From: Eledone cirrhosa
Taxonomy: Eukaryota
DNA length: 64,000 bases
Direction of reading: 5' to 3'
Assembly (NCBI GenBank): GCA_964016885.1
Contig: OZ024758.1
Location: 8,246,001-8,310,000 of the forward strand
Shown one piece after another: positions 1 through 12,686 of this stretch. Position 1 is the stretch's first letter; the number at the start of each line of letters is the position of its first letter. Under the pieces are notes generated by a model. The model was not told the DNA's origin, did no database searches, and saw only the letters and a program-made list of their open reading frames with translations. The position numbers were made by a program, and so were the translations under genes.

Positions 1-238
<238 letters not shown>

Positions 239-659
239 GGGGGGAGAGATAAGGAGAAGGCAAAATTCAAAATGGAGGATAATTTCTCTGTTGAAGATCT
301 GCTTACTTCCTGTTGAAAAGTGATATTCACTGCCATGGGATATATTTTACATATAATTTCCGGTTCATTGATTGATGAAGTGTTTATTGTTTAATTACTA
401 TTTAGTTGGGTCAGCAACAGAAAGAAGAAGACTATCCATTATGGTTTCATGTATTACGAGATATTCTAGAACTAGCCAAGTGGGAAGCGGAAAGCAGATG
501 GAATGATGGTGAATATTCGAGATGATTATATTTATTTATTTATTTGTCTATCCGAAGTTGGGTTAATGAGAAGGTGAGAAAAGGTTTGCAATCACGCAGT
601 ATTCATTTTGATTGTTCAAGAAAGGAAAAACAAATAACATATATATATATATATATATA

Positions 660-1054
660 TATAAACTTTAGAATATGTGTAATAAGGCCAAGACAATGCA
701 GGTATGGACATAGAAAAAAGAATGCAATAGTGAAAGATATTGATGTGAATTCGTCTTTCACCTTGAATTTATTTAAATGTCCTTAATTTTCGAGATAATA
801 TCTCTTCTTCGGAGGGAAGTAAAGGTCTCAAACCAGCGTCTTTAAATCTCTTTACTTCCCTCCGAAGAAGAGATATTATCTCGAAAATTAAGGACATTTA
901 AATAAATTCAAGGTGAAAGACGAATTCACATCAATATCTTTCACTATTGCATTCTTTTTTCTATGTCCATACCTGCATTGTCTTGGCCTTATTACACATA
1001 TTCTAACGTTTATACCTCATTACACAATGTTTCAAGTGAACTATAACCTCCTCC
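660..1054. mobile_element. Fold-back element: 165-bp inverted repeat (660-824 / 850-1014), 25-nt spacer, ~40-nt unique tail, between (TA)n runs; Penelope-like inverted pLTR remnant
   Basis: Arms are reverse complements with one mismatch (667/1007); each arm contains an HHR-like motif; (TA)n on both sides. Palindrome is certain, Penelope assignment is inference. Confidence 0.7.
859..893 (+). ncRNA. Minimal type I hammerhead-like motif (mirror copy on - at 781-815)
   Basis: CCT-CCGAAGA-A-GAGAT(ATT)ATCTC-GAAA-AT-TA-AGG: CYGANGA core, 5-bp stem II, GAAA, palindromic AATT stem III, 3-bp stem I. Confidence 0.5.
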
Positions 1055-1301
1055 TATATATATATATATATATACAAATAAAGATTCAGCGAGAATCGCA
1101 TTTTCGGCGGACAGGAAAAGCGAAGCGAAACGCAAAAATCAGAAATGATACTGGCAAAGTGCTCAATAGTTAAAAACCAGAGCCAAACAATGTGTTAAGA
1201 AGCCATACAAAACTGAAAAGGTGGTCAAGAAAGCATTAACCACCCAAGCCAAAAACCAAATCAAGCTAAACAGGTCAAAACAAAATAAATGATAAAAAAT
1301 A

Positions 1302-1343
<42 letters not shown>

Positions 1344-1518
1344 TTTCTCGTTATGTCCTAAAGTGTATTGGAATGAATAGTAACAACCTTGGGTGTCGAA
1401 ACCATAGTGATTTCCAGAGGTTCACTGAAGAGATACGAGTCTGCCTTTCCGTTGTTTTTTCCTCTGTCTTTGTCCTATTTTGAATAATATATATATATTA
1501 TATATAATATGTGTGTGT

Positions 1519-2117
1519 GTGCCATTGAGACAGACTAGACAGTGGGGGTGGGGACATCTGTAGTAGTGCCATTGAGAGAGACTAGACTGTGGGGGTGGGG
1601 ACATCTCTAGTAGTGCCATTGAGACAGACTAGAGTGTGGGGGTGGGGACATCTCTAGTAGTGCCATTGAGAGAGACTAGACTGTGGGGGTGGGGACATCT
1701 CTAGTAGTGCCATTGAGAGAGACTAGACTGTGGGGGTGGGGACATCTCTAGTAGTGCCATCGAGAGAGACTAGAGTGTGGGGGGTGGGGACATCTCTAGT
1801 AGTGCCATTGAGAGAGACTAGACTGTGGGGGTGGGGACATCTCTAGTAGTGCCATTGAGAGAGACTAGAGTGTGGGGGGTGGGGACATCTCTAGTAGTGC
1901 CATCGAGAGAGACTAGACTGTGGGGGTGGGGACATCTCTAGTAGTGCCATCGAGAGAGACTAGAGTGTGGGGGGTGGGGACATCTCTAGTAGTGCCATCG
2001 AGAGAGACTAGACTGTGGGGGTGGGGACATCTCTAGTAGTGCCATTGAGAGAGACTAGACTGTGGGGGTGGGGACATCTCTAGTAGTGCCATCGAGAGAG
2101 ACTAGAGTGTGGGGGAC
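1519..2117. repeat. 47-48 bp G-rich minisatellite, ~12.5 copies
   Basis: Unit GTGCCATTGAGAGAGACTAGACTGTGGGGGTGGGGACATCTCTAGTA starting at 1519, 1566, 1613 ... 2086. Confidence 0.97.
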
Positions 2118-2149
2118 AGAGTTAGACAATAATGGAAAATCAATGAATT

Positions 2150-2412
2150 AAGATAAGGAGAAAGAGAATGGGGGGGGGGAGAAAGAGGAAAAGAGAAAAG
2201 AAGAAAGAATGACAGAAAGAGAGAGAGAGAGAGAGAGAAAAGAAGAGAGTGACAGAAACAGAGAGTGGAATAGGAAGAGAGGAAAGAAGAGAGAGTGACA
2301 GAGAGAAAAGAAGAGTGATGGAGAGAGAGAAGAGTAGAAAGAAAAGAGAGAGAGAGAGAAGAATAGACAGTTAGAGAAAGGAAGGAAGCGAGAAAAGACG
2401 AGAGAGTGACAG

Positions 2413-2492
<80 letters not shown>

Positions 2493-2759
2493 AGGAGTGG
2501 TTGCGATGTCCTCAGTATACAGCAGCAGAAAGGAAAGAAAGTGATGGCGGGGGAGGCGGGGGAGAGACTGATATATTGTGTAAGAAGGAAGGAGAGAGAA
2601 AGAGGAAAAACAAGAGGGATGGATGACATGATAAATAGAAGTTAATAAGTCGGGAGGTGAAGAGAGAGTTGATAGGGAAGAGAGAGATGGAGAGAGAGTT
2701 GATAGGGAAGAGAGAGAGAGAGAGAGAGGGGGAGAGAGAGACTGTAACTTAAAGATGCA

Positions 2760-2814
<55 letters not shown>

Positions 2815-3015
2815 AACTTAAAGATGCAGTGATAAGACAGAGAGAGAGAGGAAGAAAGAGAGAGAGAGAGAGGCAGTAACTTAAAGATGCAGTGATGAGA
2901 GAGAGAGAGAGAGAGAGTGAGAGAGAGAGAGAGAGAGACAGAGAGAGACAGAGAGAGAGAGAAAAAGACAGAAAAAAAGAGAAAGAGAGAGACTGTAAGT
3001 TAAAGAAGCTGTGAT
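2150..3015. repeat. GA-rich low complexity with (GA)n and repeated ACTGTAACTTAAAGATGCAG motif
   Basis: Direct read. Confidence 0.9.
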
Positions 3016-3266
3016 TTTCCAGTAACAGGAAACCAAATCAAAATCAAAAATGAAAAACAAACAAAAAGTGAAGAAAAAAATAACATAAGCAAAAAAATAA
3101 ATAAATAAATAAAAATAAAACAAAATAAAAGCTATTTAGACAATAGAAAGTGGTTGTGGGATAGTTTCGTATTGTATTTAGCGACTATTGACGACAAATA
3201 TTGGATTTTGTTTCAATCAAAATAAGTAACTGGTACAGAAGTGAGTTAGGTTAGTTGACATTACTT

Positions 3267-3545
3267 TTATAATTGTTTCTACTTTAGGCACAAGGCCAGC
3301 AATTATCTCAGTGCATTACTGGTACTTTATTTTGTCGACTCTGTAAGGATGAAAGGCAAAGTTAACCTCGGAGGGATTTGAACTCAGATCATAAAGGGCC
3401 GTAACTCTTTGCTTGCAAAGCATGGCGTCCGACCCTCTACCGATACTGCCAATCCACCGATATTCTCTAATAATTTTTCTAGTTTTGGCACAAGGCCACC
3501 AATTACACCAGTGTATTACTGGTACTTTATTTTATCGACCCCCCA
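3267..3545 (-). mobile_element. tRNA-derived SINE (family A; Meta/MESC-like core), one near-full and one 3' partial copy
   Basis: On minus: box A TGGCAGTATCGG, box B GTTCAAATCC, core TTTGCCTTTCATCCTTAC..GTCGA.AAAATAAAGTACCAG, (ATT)n tail; more than 15 copies in window. Confidence 0.85.
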
Positions 3546-4771
3546 CCCCCATAACTAAGGCATGGCAAGCATGGCACGTGTCGTGGGTGTCACATGACGT
3601 GGGGTCGCAACTTGGACTATGAACACTTCTTATTAAAGTCAGATAAACTATCGCCGGAGAGTGAAAAAAGAAACTTCTTTAGATGTATGTCTTTGATTAT
3701 CATGGGTGAGAAGCACTATAGTGGCTGAATCATTAAATAATTTATATAAATTATGTTTGGCAAAGGCGCAATTTCCCTGTTTTCCATTGGCGTTATTTTC
3801 CCTAGTTCCGTCTCTGGGTGAGACATAATTAGTTTTAGAGACTCCTGTGTTGGTATAGTATATCCATTGATCAGTTTTTATCATCAATATCTATTGGCGA
3901 CAGTTATTCAAAGGGTCTTCTGTGTTCTTAGAGTACATCAATCGATCGGTTTTTGTCATCAACATCTATTGACAACGACTATTCAAAGGAACTCCTTTTT
4001 CGTATCGATTAATTAGTCTTTGTCATCAATATCTATTGGGAGTTAATGGGTGATGGTATGTTCCATCAGACAGTATTCTAGTTAACAGTTTCCAAAGTAG
4101 CTTTAAGCAGGCACTAGGTCTGTAATCCCTTGGTACAGGATCTTGTACAACATATTAAGATGGATACCAATACTTTTACTTTTACGTTGTGCGTTAAAAT
4201 ACTAAATCATGAAATCCATCTGGTCCTGGAGTCTTACAGTTTGGCAATCTTTTAACCTGTGTTCTGATGTCGTGAAGGCGCGTGGCTGATTGGTAAGAGA
4301 ACAGGATTCACAATCGTGAGGTTGTCAGTTCAATTCCTGGACCGGGCGATGCGTTATGTCCTTGAGCAAGACACTTTATTCCACGTTGCTCCTTCTACCT
4401 GGAGTTGCGACCGATATATAGTATTAGCAATTGGAAAGACCAACGGAAACATTGTTTCCTCGGTCCGATTTGACGAAAGTCGCTCGACTGATGTCGTTGA
4501 TATTTATTGTAGCAGGATCCTGTTTGGGTACTTCGACCTGTCTTCGGATATCACCGATCTATCCCTAACTCTTCCTCCTCAACAATGTTTTTCTGTCGAC
4601 AGATATCCATTTACAGATATTCAAGCTGAACATTTGCCGCATCAACATCACGTCTGAGTTTGTAAAGCTATGAACATTAAACACTCTTCGCAAGACTTAC
4701 AACATCATAATTAAATAAATACTTCAATATGTGAAAACATATATATTTAAAACATTTATTTGCTTAAGGTA

Positions 4772-4959
4772 TACGCGGATCGGATGAAACATTTATAGGC
4801 TGACTATGAAGGAGAGATGCTAGAGCTGTGAAATCTTGCATGCATTAATTCCAATTCTTCTTATTAATAATTGTATTGTTTCTTTCCAAAATAAACCTCA
4901 CTTGGTCATTCCTTGAGAGTATCTTGGTCAGCTTATGAATTTTTCAGCTGACTCTCGTA
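4772..4959. mobile_element. Mariner-type MITE
   Basis: TA termini and degenerate TIR CGAGGGTCGGCTGAAAAGTTCATAGGCTGAC; same family at 5616, 5991, 17836, 59269. Confidence 0.8.
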
Positions 4960-4990
4960 TGTTAAATATGTATGATATACATATTTATAT

Positions 4991-5390
4991 ACCGCACTTC
5001 GGGCTGAGGAGGGCAAACTCTCCAAGTATCGGTCACTCTCCGACAGGTTTGCGGTCGTGCCCATAGCAGTGGAGACTTCTGGTATCCTTCGCCCTAGGGC
5101 TACCTCCCTACTTACCACCATAGGCGCTGAGCTGGCTAGCCGCAGTTATGAGCCTCGCGAGATGAAATGGCTCTTCTAGCGCATTTCCCTTACCATCCCC
5201 CGGGGAAACGCCTTTTCCATTCTGTCCGACGGGGCTGTGGGGAGGCTAGCACGCGGGGAGGGCGAGAGAGATGGAGGCGATGACAGTGGGAGTTTGGTTC
5301 TACCGCGTTCGGACATATTTATCATGTCTGTAGGCTAGTTGTGCTTATAAATTTGTCGCTTGTCTTGCGGATGAATATCTTGCGAACTTA
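4991..5390 (+). mobile_element. 3' fragment of CRE-clade (RLE) non-LTR retrotransposon
   Basis: Translates ALRAEEGKLSKYRSLSDRFAVVPIAVETSG...EMKWLF*RISLTIPRGNAFSIL, matching the K..KY...F.P.A.ET.G...QR.S..I.RGNA C-terminus of CRE ORFs; in-frame stop; GC-rich relative to flanks. Confidence 0.75.
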
Positions 5391-5615
5391 TATACTTAAC
5401 ATACAATGAATATATCCGCTCTCATATTGAGCTTGTCTATTTATTTTCTTTTTAAATGGTTGCTGGTAACGCCTGTCTTTTACAGTGCATACCCTTTGTC
5501 TTAAAAGAAAGATGTTATGTCTGCATGAATTAAAAAACAAAAACAAACAAACAAAAAACGGGATGGGCATAGCTGGAATATGTTTCACCGCATGGCTAAC
5601 CCATAAACAACAACA

Positions 5616-5970
5616 TACGATAGTCGGTTTAAAATGTCATAGGTTGATCAAGATACTCTCATGGAATGATCAAATGGGGTTTATTTTTCAATATAGAGCC
5701 TGGAAAGAAACAATGCAGTTATTAAGAAGAGTTGAAATTAATTGTTTCTACTTTAGGCACAAGGCCAGCAATTACCCAGTGCATTACTGGTACTTTATTT
5801 TATCGACCCCGTAAGGATGAAAGGCAAAGTCAACCTCGGCGGGATTTGAACTCAGATCGTAAAGGGACGTAACCATGCTGGAAAGAGTTGAAATTAATGC
5901 ACGCAAGATTTAACAGCTCTAGCATTACTCCTTCATAGTCAGCCTATGGACTTTCCAGCCAACTCTTGTA
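5616..5970. mobile_element. Mariner-type MITE interrupted by a 5'-truncated SINE-A (~5740-5880, minus)
   Basis: TIR remnants at both ends; SINE flanked by duplicated AAGAGTTGAAATTAAT. Confidence 0.8.
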
Positions 5971-5990
5971 TACACACACACAAACATTTA

Positions 5991-6414
5991 TATAAGGGTC
6001 GGCTGAAAAGTTTATATGAGACTAAGATACTCTCATGGACGACCAAATGGGGTTTATTTTTCAACATGGTACCGGAAAGAAACAAGGTTGTTATTAATGA
6101 TTTCTAGTATAGGCACAAGGCCAGTAATTTGGGGGGAGGGGAAAGTCGATCAACCCAATGCATTACTGGTACTTTATTTTATCGACCCCGTAAGGAGGAA
6201 AGGCAAAATTATCCTCGGCGGGATTTGAACTCAGACCGTAAAGGGCCGTAACTCTATGCTGCAAAGCATTGTCCGACTCTCTACCGATACAGCCAATCCA
6301 CCGCCCTCAAGGCAGTTATTAACAAGCAGAGTTAGAATTAATACATGCAAGATTTCACAGCGCTAACATCATTCCTTCATAGTCAGCCTATGAACTTTTC
6401 AGCCGACCCTCGTA
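5991..6414. mobile_element. Mariner-type MITE interrupted by a SINE-A (~6096-6307, minus)
   Basis: TIRs ..GGGTCGGCTGAAAAGTT / AACTTTTCAGCCGACCCTCG-TA; SINE flanked by CAAGG..GTTATTAA duplication. Confidence 0.82.
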
Positions 6415-8739
6415 ACAGCAACAGTTAAGTTAGTGTTAACAATATCTAATGGCGGTAACTTGAGAAAGCTTACTACTACTACTACTACTGTGAGATATTT
6501 GTCAACAAATATCACCAGTCAAGTTAGATTATAACATAGCAACAACAACAACAATTAGTTGAAGTCCCTGGATACTCTCAGTAGCATAGTTGTTGTTATT
6601 TCACCTTTGCTACCTGTTCCTCTTATTACCACCATTATAACTACTGCTGTCGCTTTTACCCTAATAAATTTCTATGTAGATCTTATCATTCGAGTGAGTA
6701 GTTTGTAGATTAAAAAGACTGAATAAATACTTGCAATTTAATAGAGATTTATTTGATAAGAAACTGGTAATTCATTGGACAACTCATATCGTATGGTTTA
6801 ATTTACTTAAAATAATCATTAAAAGTGGGCTTTTTAAAACATTATTTTGTTTGCAACACAGTATTTAATCAACGAAAGCAATAACTTTACAAGCCAATAA
6901 GTTTATAGAGTAATTAGTTTTGTTTCTACCTTTTCGGATAAAATGTATCTAATTAATACAATATACAAACTCGTCTAAAAAGATAAACTAAAATATTTAA
7001 AATATAGTTTTTATCAAAGTACTTTTAAAAGTTTATGAAACGAACTATGTTTTCGTGCCTCCACAAATAAAATGACTCGGATGATTAAATAATTGACATG
7101 AAAGGTAATATTAATAGTTATAAAAGTATGTATATACAAGTAACATGTGTGTGATTCGCCACTATGTATTAGGCTTATTAGCATATATTACTACGCACTA
7201 CCCACCGCACTTGTTCAACGAACTACTTTTGTTTCGCTTTTATTAAACTCTATAACTCTTACCTGGAATATTTTAAACAAGTTGGTTGTGTTTCGGAGCA
7301 TTTGAGGGGTTTTTTCCCCACTTTTTGGATACCAATACGTAAAGGATTATTATCAATTTGTGTACGTTTGTTAAAGTAAGTGTGAACATGATTTTTCTCT
7401 CAGTTTTTGAATGTTGTATAATTTACTTTGAAAGCTTTATAAGGGACGTTGGAGGAGGGTCAGATTTCTTTCACAGGTAGTTATGGAGTTGGATGCAGAA
7501 AACTTACAACTTTTAATTTAGGTCACAAAATAATGCATCCTCCTATATAGCGAGAAATAAAATTATTTTATATAATTTTAAAAATAATATTCTTATTGAT
7601 AAATGCCAGTTTTAAAAAACACACAAAATAAACTAATAATAATTTCCTTTTTTTATTTATGATTTGCTAAAACTAAGTAATAATAATTGTTTCAGTTTGC
7701 AATGTTTTGTTAGCAGTAAAATACATTTTATATTTAGATTTTTAGACAAATATTCATTGTAATCATACTTAAAAAAAACTATTTACTATCTGTACAAATT
7801 GAAACAGCCAACCTACTTACACACCAGATTATATATACTAGATTAATTAAATTGTATTCAAACACTGTTTATGTAGCAAAATATAGAACATAGTACTTTT
7901 AGCCGATGAAAAAGTTGAAGTTGAACGAAGATACAAAGTTGTAGACTTTATTATATATAGATATATTCTGTGTATTGTATATCTGTTGATGTCTCTTAAC
8001 CACTAGTTGCAGCCCTGTCCCGGGACATTGTCGTGTTTACCTTAACCTGACCTACTTGTTGATAATTTTTTTGTTATAAACATACGCGTTCCCTGTCTAC
8101 TGAATGCTTTTGCAAGCTTCTCGCGTTTACACCCCTTTCTCTCTGTATATATTTATATATCCCATACCTCTATAGTTTGTGACCACTACTACAACTGCTT
8201 TTTATCCGGCTTAAATGTCAATTCTCAACACGCATAAGGTTGTAAAATGATAAATTTGAAAAAGTTCATAATGCATTGTTATTTAATATTTCACTGCCAA
8301 AACTTGCAGTTTTGTCGTTTAATTAAATACTCGCCAAGCAAGCATCCTCTACGTTTTCTAAAACCAAAAATTCTAATGACAAAAAGGTCAATGTTTTTGT
8401 TGTTGCTTGTTTAGCGAAAAGTTAGCTGATAACAGCCTGCCTAGTATTTTAGATTTTACTGGGAGGTATTAAAGCTCCCCAAAAGATAACAAATGTCTAT
8501 TTCGCGCCGTTGACTTGTTACGGTAACCTACTGCTTTGATCTAGCCTGATACTGAAGAAGATTACTTACTTTTCATAAAAATAAATATCTTAGACAGAAC
8601 TTCGCTGTTTAAACACATATGCTAGCTTAATGTTGCTTCCGTGGTATTCTTACATGTAACTAATGTATAAACAAGCAAAGGAGAACTAAAAATACGAAAG
8701 CAAGGAAAACTTATGAGTACAGCCGGCAAAAAACACTCC

Positions 8740-8870
8740 CAAAACACAGGACTAGCCTTTGTGTTTTTTTCCGCGGGGCGCACCCCCAACACCGCCGCGT
8801 CCTAGGCCTAGAGCCGATCCTCTTCCTCCTCTCATTCTTCTGTGACCCCCCCAGAGCCTTTGCATTTCCC
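8740..8870 (+). promoter_or_regulatory. Short GC/CpG-rich patch, candidate promoter/5' end
   Basis: CCGCGGGGCGCACCCCC...CCGCCGCG in otherwise AT-rich, repeat-poor, CpG-retaining DNA (~6.5-9.3 kb); donor-like GTAAGT at 7376 and GTATGT near 9306. No transcript evidence. Confidence 0.25.
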
Positions 8871-9397
8871 TTAATTTTCCGTTTTTAAATATCTGTAGTG
8901 TTGTTATTTAAAATAGATTTATGATGTTTAGTTGTTAAATTGATATAGTTTGAATATATCTATATATATATATATTGCTTTAAAGTTCGTTGTTTCTCGT
9001 AGTTCTATCAAATGATAGTGATTCCTCGATCGATACCTAAACGGTTGTGAGTTTGAAATAAGTTTTGTCATATATTATTGATCTATTCAGTCGTCGTGGT
9101 AAAGACACCAGACGAATTACTGCGTGTTAGTTTGTTTAGTAATAAAACGTATTTCTTTTAGTTTAAATTATAAGTTAAGGAGGGTTGTAATAAACCCAGG
9201 AGTTTTTATAGGTTTTCTGTTGTGAGATTGTTGTGGATTAATTGATGTCTCTCTTACCTGGGAGTTAGTTTACAAGGGGATCTGATCGTGGTGATAAACG
9301 AGGCGGTATGTTATGTTAGCGGCCGATGGCAACTTCTTTTTTCGTCTTTTAAGAGTCTATTTTATAGCATCTAAGCGCTTGAGCACATCATCTTTTA

Positions 9398-9643
9398 CAG
9401 AGTGAGATTTACGTATAAGCTAAACAAGCTATAGCTTAGGGTCCCCACTTTCTTGGACCCCCCAAAAATTGAAAAAAAAACGGTGTACATTTCCAAAATA
9501 CAAGATAAAAAAGAACTAAAATAATGGAATAGTTTTAAACAGTTTTCTGCTTTAATATTGAACGTTTTTCAGTTTTTATAACATATAAAGGGCCCCATTA
9601 TCTCAGATAGCTTAGGGCCTCATCAAATCTAAATCCGGCCCTG
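9398..9643 (-). mobile_element. hAT-type MITE with 8-bp TSD
   Basis: TIR CAGGGCCGGATTTA; perfect TSD ATCTTTTA at 9390-9397 and 9644-9651; near-identical copy at 48426-48671. Confidence 0.9.
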
Positions 9644-10545
9644 ATCTTTTATACTTCGAAAGAATCTAATAACCGAACTAGATGGAATTTCACTGCACCT
9701 TATTTATCACAAATAAATTTACAAACACGTTTTCGGATAAAAAAAAAAGTCTTATAAAACAAATTCAAAAATGAAATTTATAAATACTTTTCTTTTTAAT
9801 CCCGAAATCTTATTTGCTCTGCTAAATAATGTATATTTATTGGGTTGCAACGTGCTATTAAATTGATACTCAGGCCCGTCACTTAGAGTGGGTGTGTTGG
9901 GGACACCAGACTCTACTTTTCCATGGTTATCATCATCATCTATTGCTCTTGTTAGATAGGACTGGGTCATCCCGGTCAGCGATTCCAGAGGCATTATCAC
10001 GCGTAGAGCTGACAACTTTTCAATGGTGCACTCTCACCATACGTCCCTTGCGAAAAAGTGACCACCCCAGGATGTTCTGAAGTAACCACCCGACATCAAA
10101 GCTTGACAACGGATCTGTTACTCTCACCTGATGGTTGATGTATTATATACAACAGACTTTATCTTTCAAGAAACCGGCTAGCTAAAATCATACAACAAAA
10201 ATATGCAACTCTATTTACACAAATATATATTGTATAGTAAAGTATTATTTTTAGTTGTTTTTTTTTTCTTTTAATATTTTAATGTTTTAAATGCATAAAC
10301 GAAAATCGGATTAGTAGAGAGAGAGCATTACGAGAAAATACTAATCTATTTAAGCAAACCTGTTAATAACCTGCTGCTGCTTAATTCGGCCTAACACCGT
10401 CTCCCTAAATACACTTACTATGTGTTGATACATGGACATAACACTAATAATACACGCATAGATATATGCCCCAGCATGGCCTCAACCTGTCAGCTGAAAC
10501 ATGTAATAGAGAGTATTATATATATATATATATAAATAAATAACA

Positions 10546-10660
10546 GATTCAGGACCCCGATGGTTGAGCTCCGGCCGTTTCGATAGCTAGATCCGAACTA
10601 GATCGGATCCGGAGCTCAACTGTCGAGGTCCTGAATCATTTCATATTACCCACACCCTCT
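10546..10660. mobile_element. Fold-back element between (TA)n runs (family also at 11055, 12480-12590, 20220-20312, 51930-52170)
   Basis: Arms GATTCAGGACCCCGATGGTTGAGCTCCGG / CCGGAGCTCAACTGTCGAGGTCCTGAATC. Confidence 0.7.
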
Positions 10661-10661
10661 A

Positions 10662-10693
<32 letters not shown>

Positions 10694-11127
10694 AGGCATC
10701 CGCATGGAGTTGGCGGCCGAGAGAGAAGAGTACTCAACACCCAAGTAGAGTTTAAATATGCATTTCATTAAGGCTAGTGAGTCTTGTTAAGCAGGCGAAA
10801 CTCCAGAGTAACAAAACTCACTATTTAGCCTTAATTAAATGAGTGTATAAATATATATATATATATACATACACTCGTTTTATTAAGGCTAAATGGTGTG
10901 TGTGTATATATATATATATATATACTTATTAAAGCTAAAAAGTGTACGTATTTGTGTGCAATGATATTAAATAAATGGAAACTATATTTATAAAACCATA
11001 TTTATTTTATTATATATATTTCAAGGGCAACCAAGATATATAGATATATGAAAAGAGTCAGTACCCCGTCGGCTGAGCTCCGGCCGTTTCGATAGTTAGA
11101 TCCGAACAGCTATATATGTGGGTGTGA

Positions 11128-11180
<53 letters not shown>

Positions 11181-12311
11181 TCACAGCCACAGTATAACTG
11201 CTAATTCGCTGTTCGCTTTCATTTGATTTAGCCTTATTCTCGGGTCAAAGTTGTATAACTTGTTTTTATGTGCGTGCTATTTCTGTATGCTTCATTAACT
11301 TGCTTAAACGTGTCATAAAATGTATAATGCTCAAGAAATTACTTATTCTAATAATTCTTAAAGGCTATTTACGCTAGCTTATTTTCGTTGTCTTTAATTA
11401 ATATTTATTTTATTTTAAGTGTATTTTTTTTTATTGCAACGTCTGCTTCATACGTCTATAACAAATATTCCCTTTAATCCTGCGAGAACTTGGTGTCAGG
11501 AATGAGATAGAAGTGAAACTACAGACTTCGTTGTTTTCTGTTGCTACGTACAGTGTTACTAACATAACACACGTTTGTAATGTGCTTCAGGCTTGATAAT
11601 GAATGTAAATTTGGTATTTTTAGATATGCATTACCCTTCATCTTATAGGACGGCGAAGTGGCGGAGTTGTTAGAACGTCAGATACAATGTCCTGTGGTAT
11701 TCGTTCTCTCTGCTCTCCCAGTTCAAATCCCAACCAGGTCAACTTTGACTTTCATCCATTCGAGGTCGATAAAAAAAAAGTACCAGTCAAGTATTCGGGT
11801 CGATTCTTCCTCTATATCTCTTTTTCATCTCCTTTCTCTCGTCCTCTATTCAGACCTGGAGAGGAGATGGGCTCTGCCAGGTTTTAAAATAACCAAGAAA
11901 CACCGTACGTCAATATGGCGCCCTACGACACCCTCAAGAGTTACGGGTCTATACATATCCCTCGCTGTTTTCAGAAGTCCCTTAATACTTACCCTGATGA
12001 AATAAATGGTGTCGTATCTAGTTTATTAGTCCTTCGCCTCCTCACCTGCACCACATCCGTATAAATTTGGTATTAGTTGTTAAATAAACGAAAAGGTTTT
12101 ATATTAGACAGAAAAGTTTCAGAAAAATAAATCTTTGAATCTTTAATATGGAATACCATCCGTTCCTGCCTTTGCACTGTATTCAAACAGAAAACTTATA
12201 AAGCCATGTCTCTGGAATACAAACTGGAAGTGTGTGGAGGAGGGAGGGATGTTCAAATCCTCAGAGCAGCCGATGACGATCCCTTTTTCCGTCTTTTAAG
12301 GGTCTTCGCCC

Positions 12312-12358
<47 letters not shown>

Positions 12359-12686
12359 GAAAGAAGAATACTGCGTGGTTGCACATGGGTTACATATGAT
12401 AAAATTAGTCCTTCGTCAGTGATTTGCCAACCATCATTATATATATATATATCAGGATGGATTCAGTTTGAAATTGGTTAGACCATTACTCACCAGAGTA
12501 CTCGATACTTGGGGCAGTGGAGTATGATTATATTATAAAGAGTCGGTACCCGACGGCTGAGCTCTTACCGTTTCAACAGCCAGTTCCAGATTTCTAAAGA
12601 ATGAAACAGTTCTAGTCCTGTAGAATCTCCTATATATATATACACATTATATTAATAAATAGAAACTATATTTATAAAACCATATT

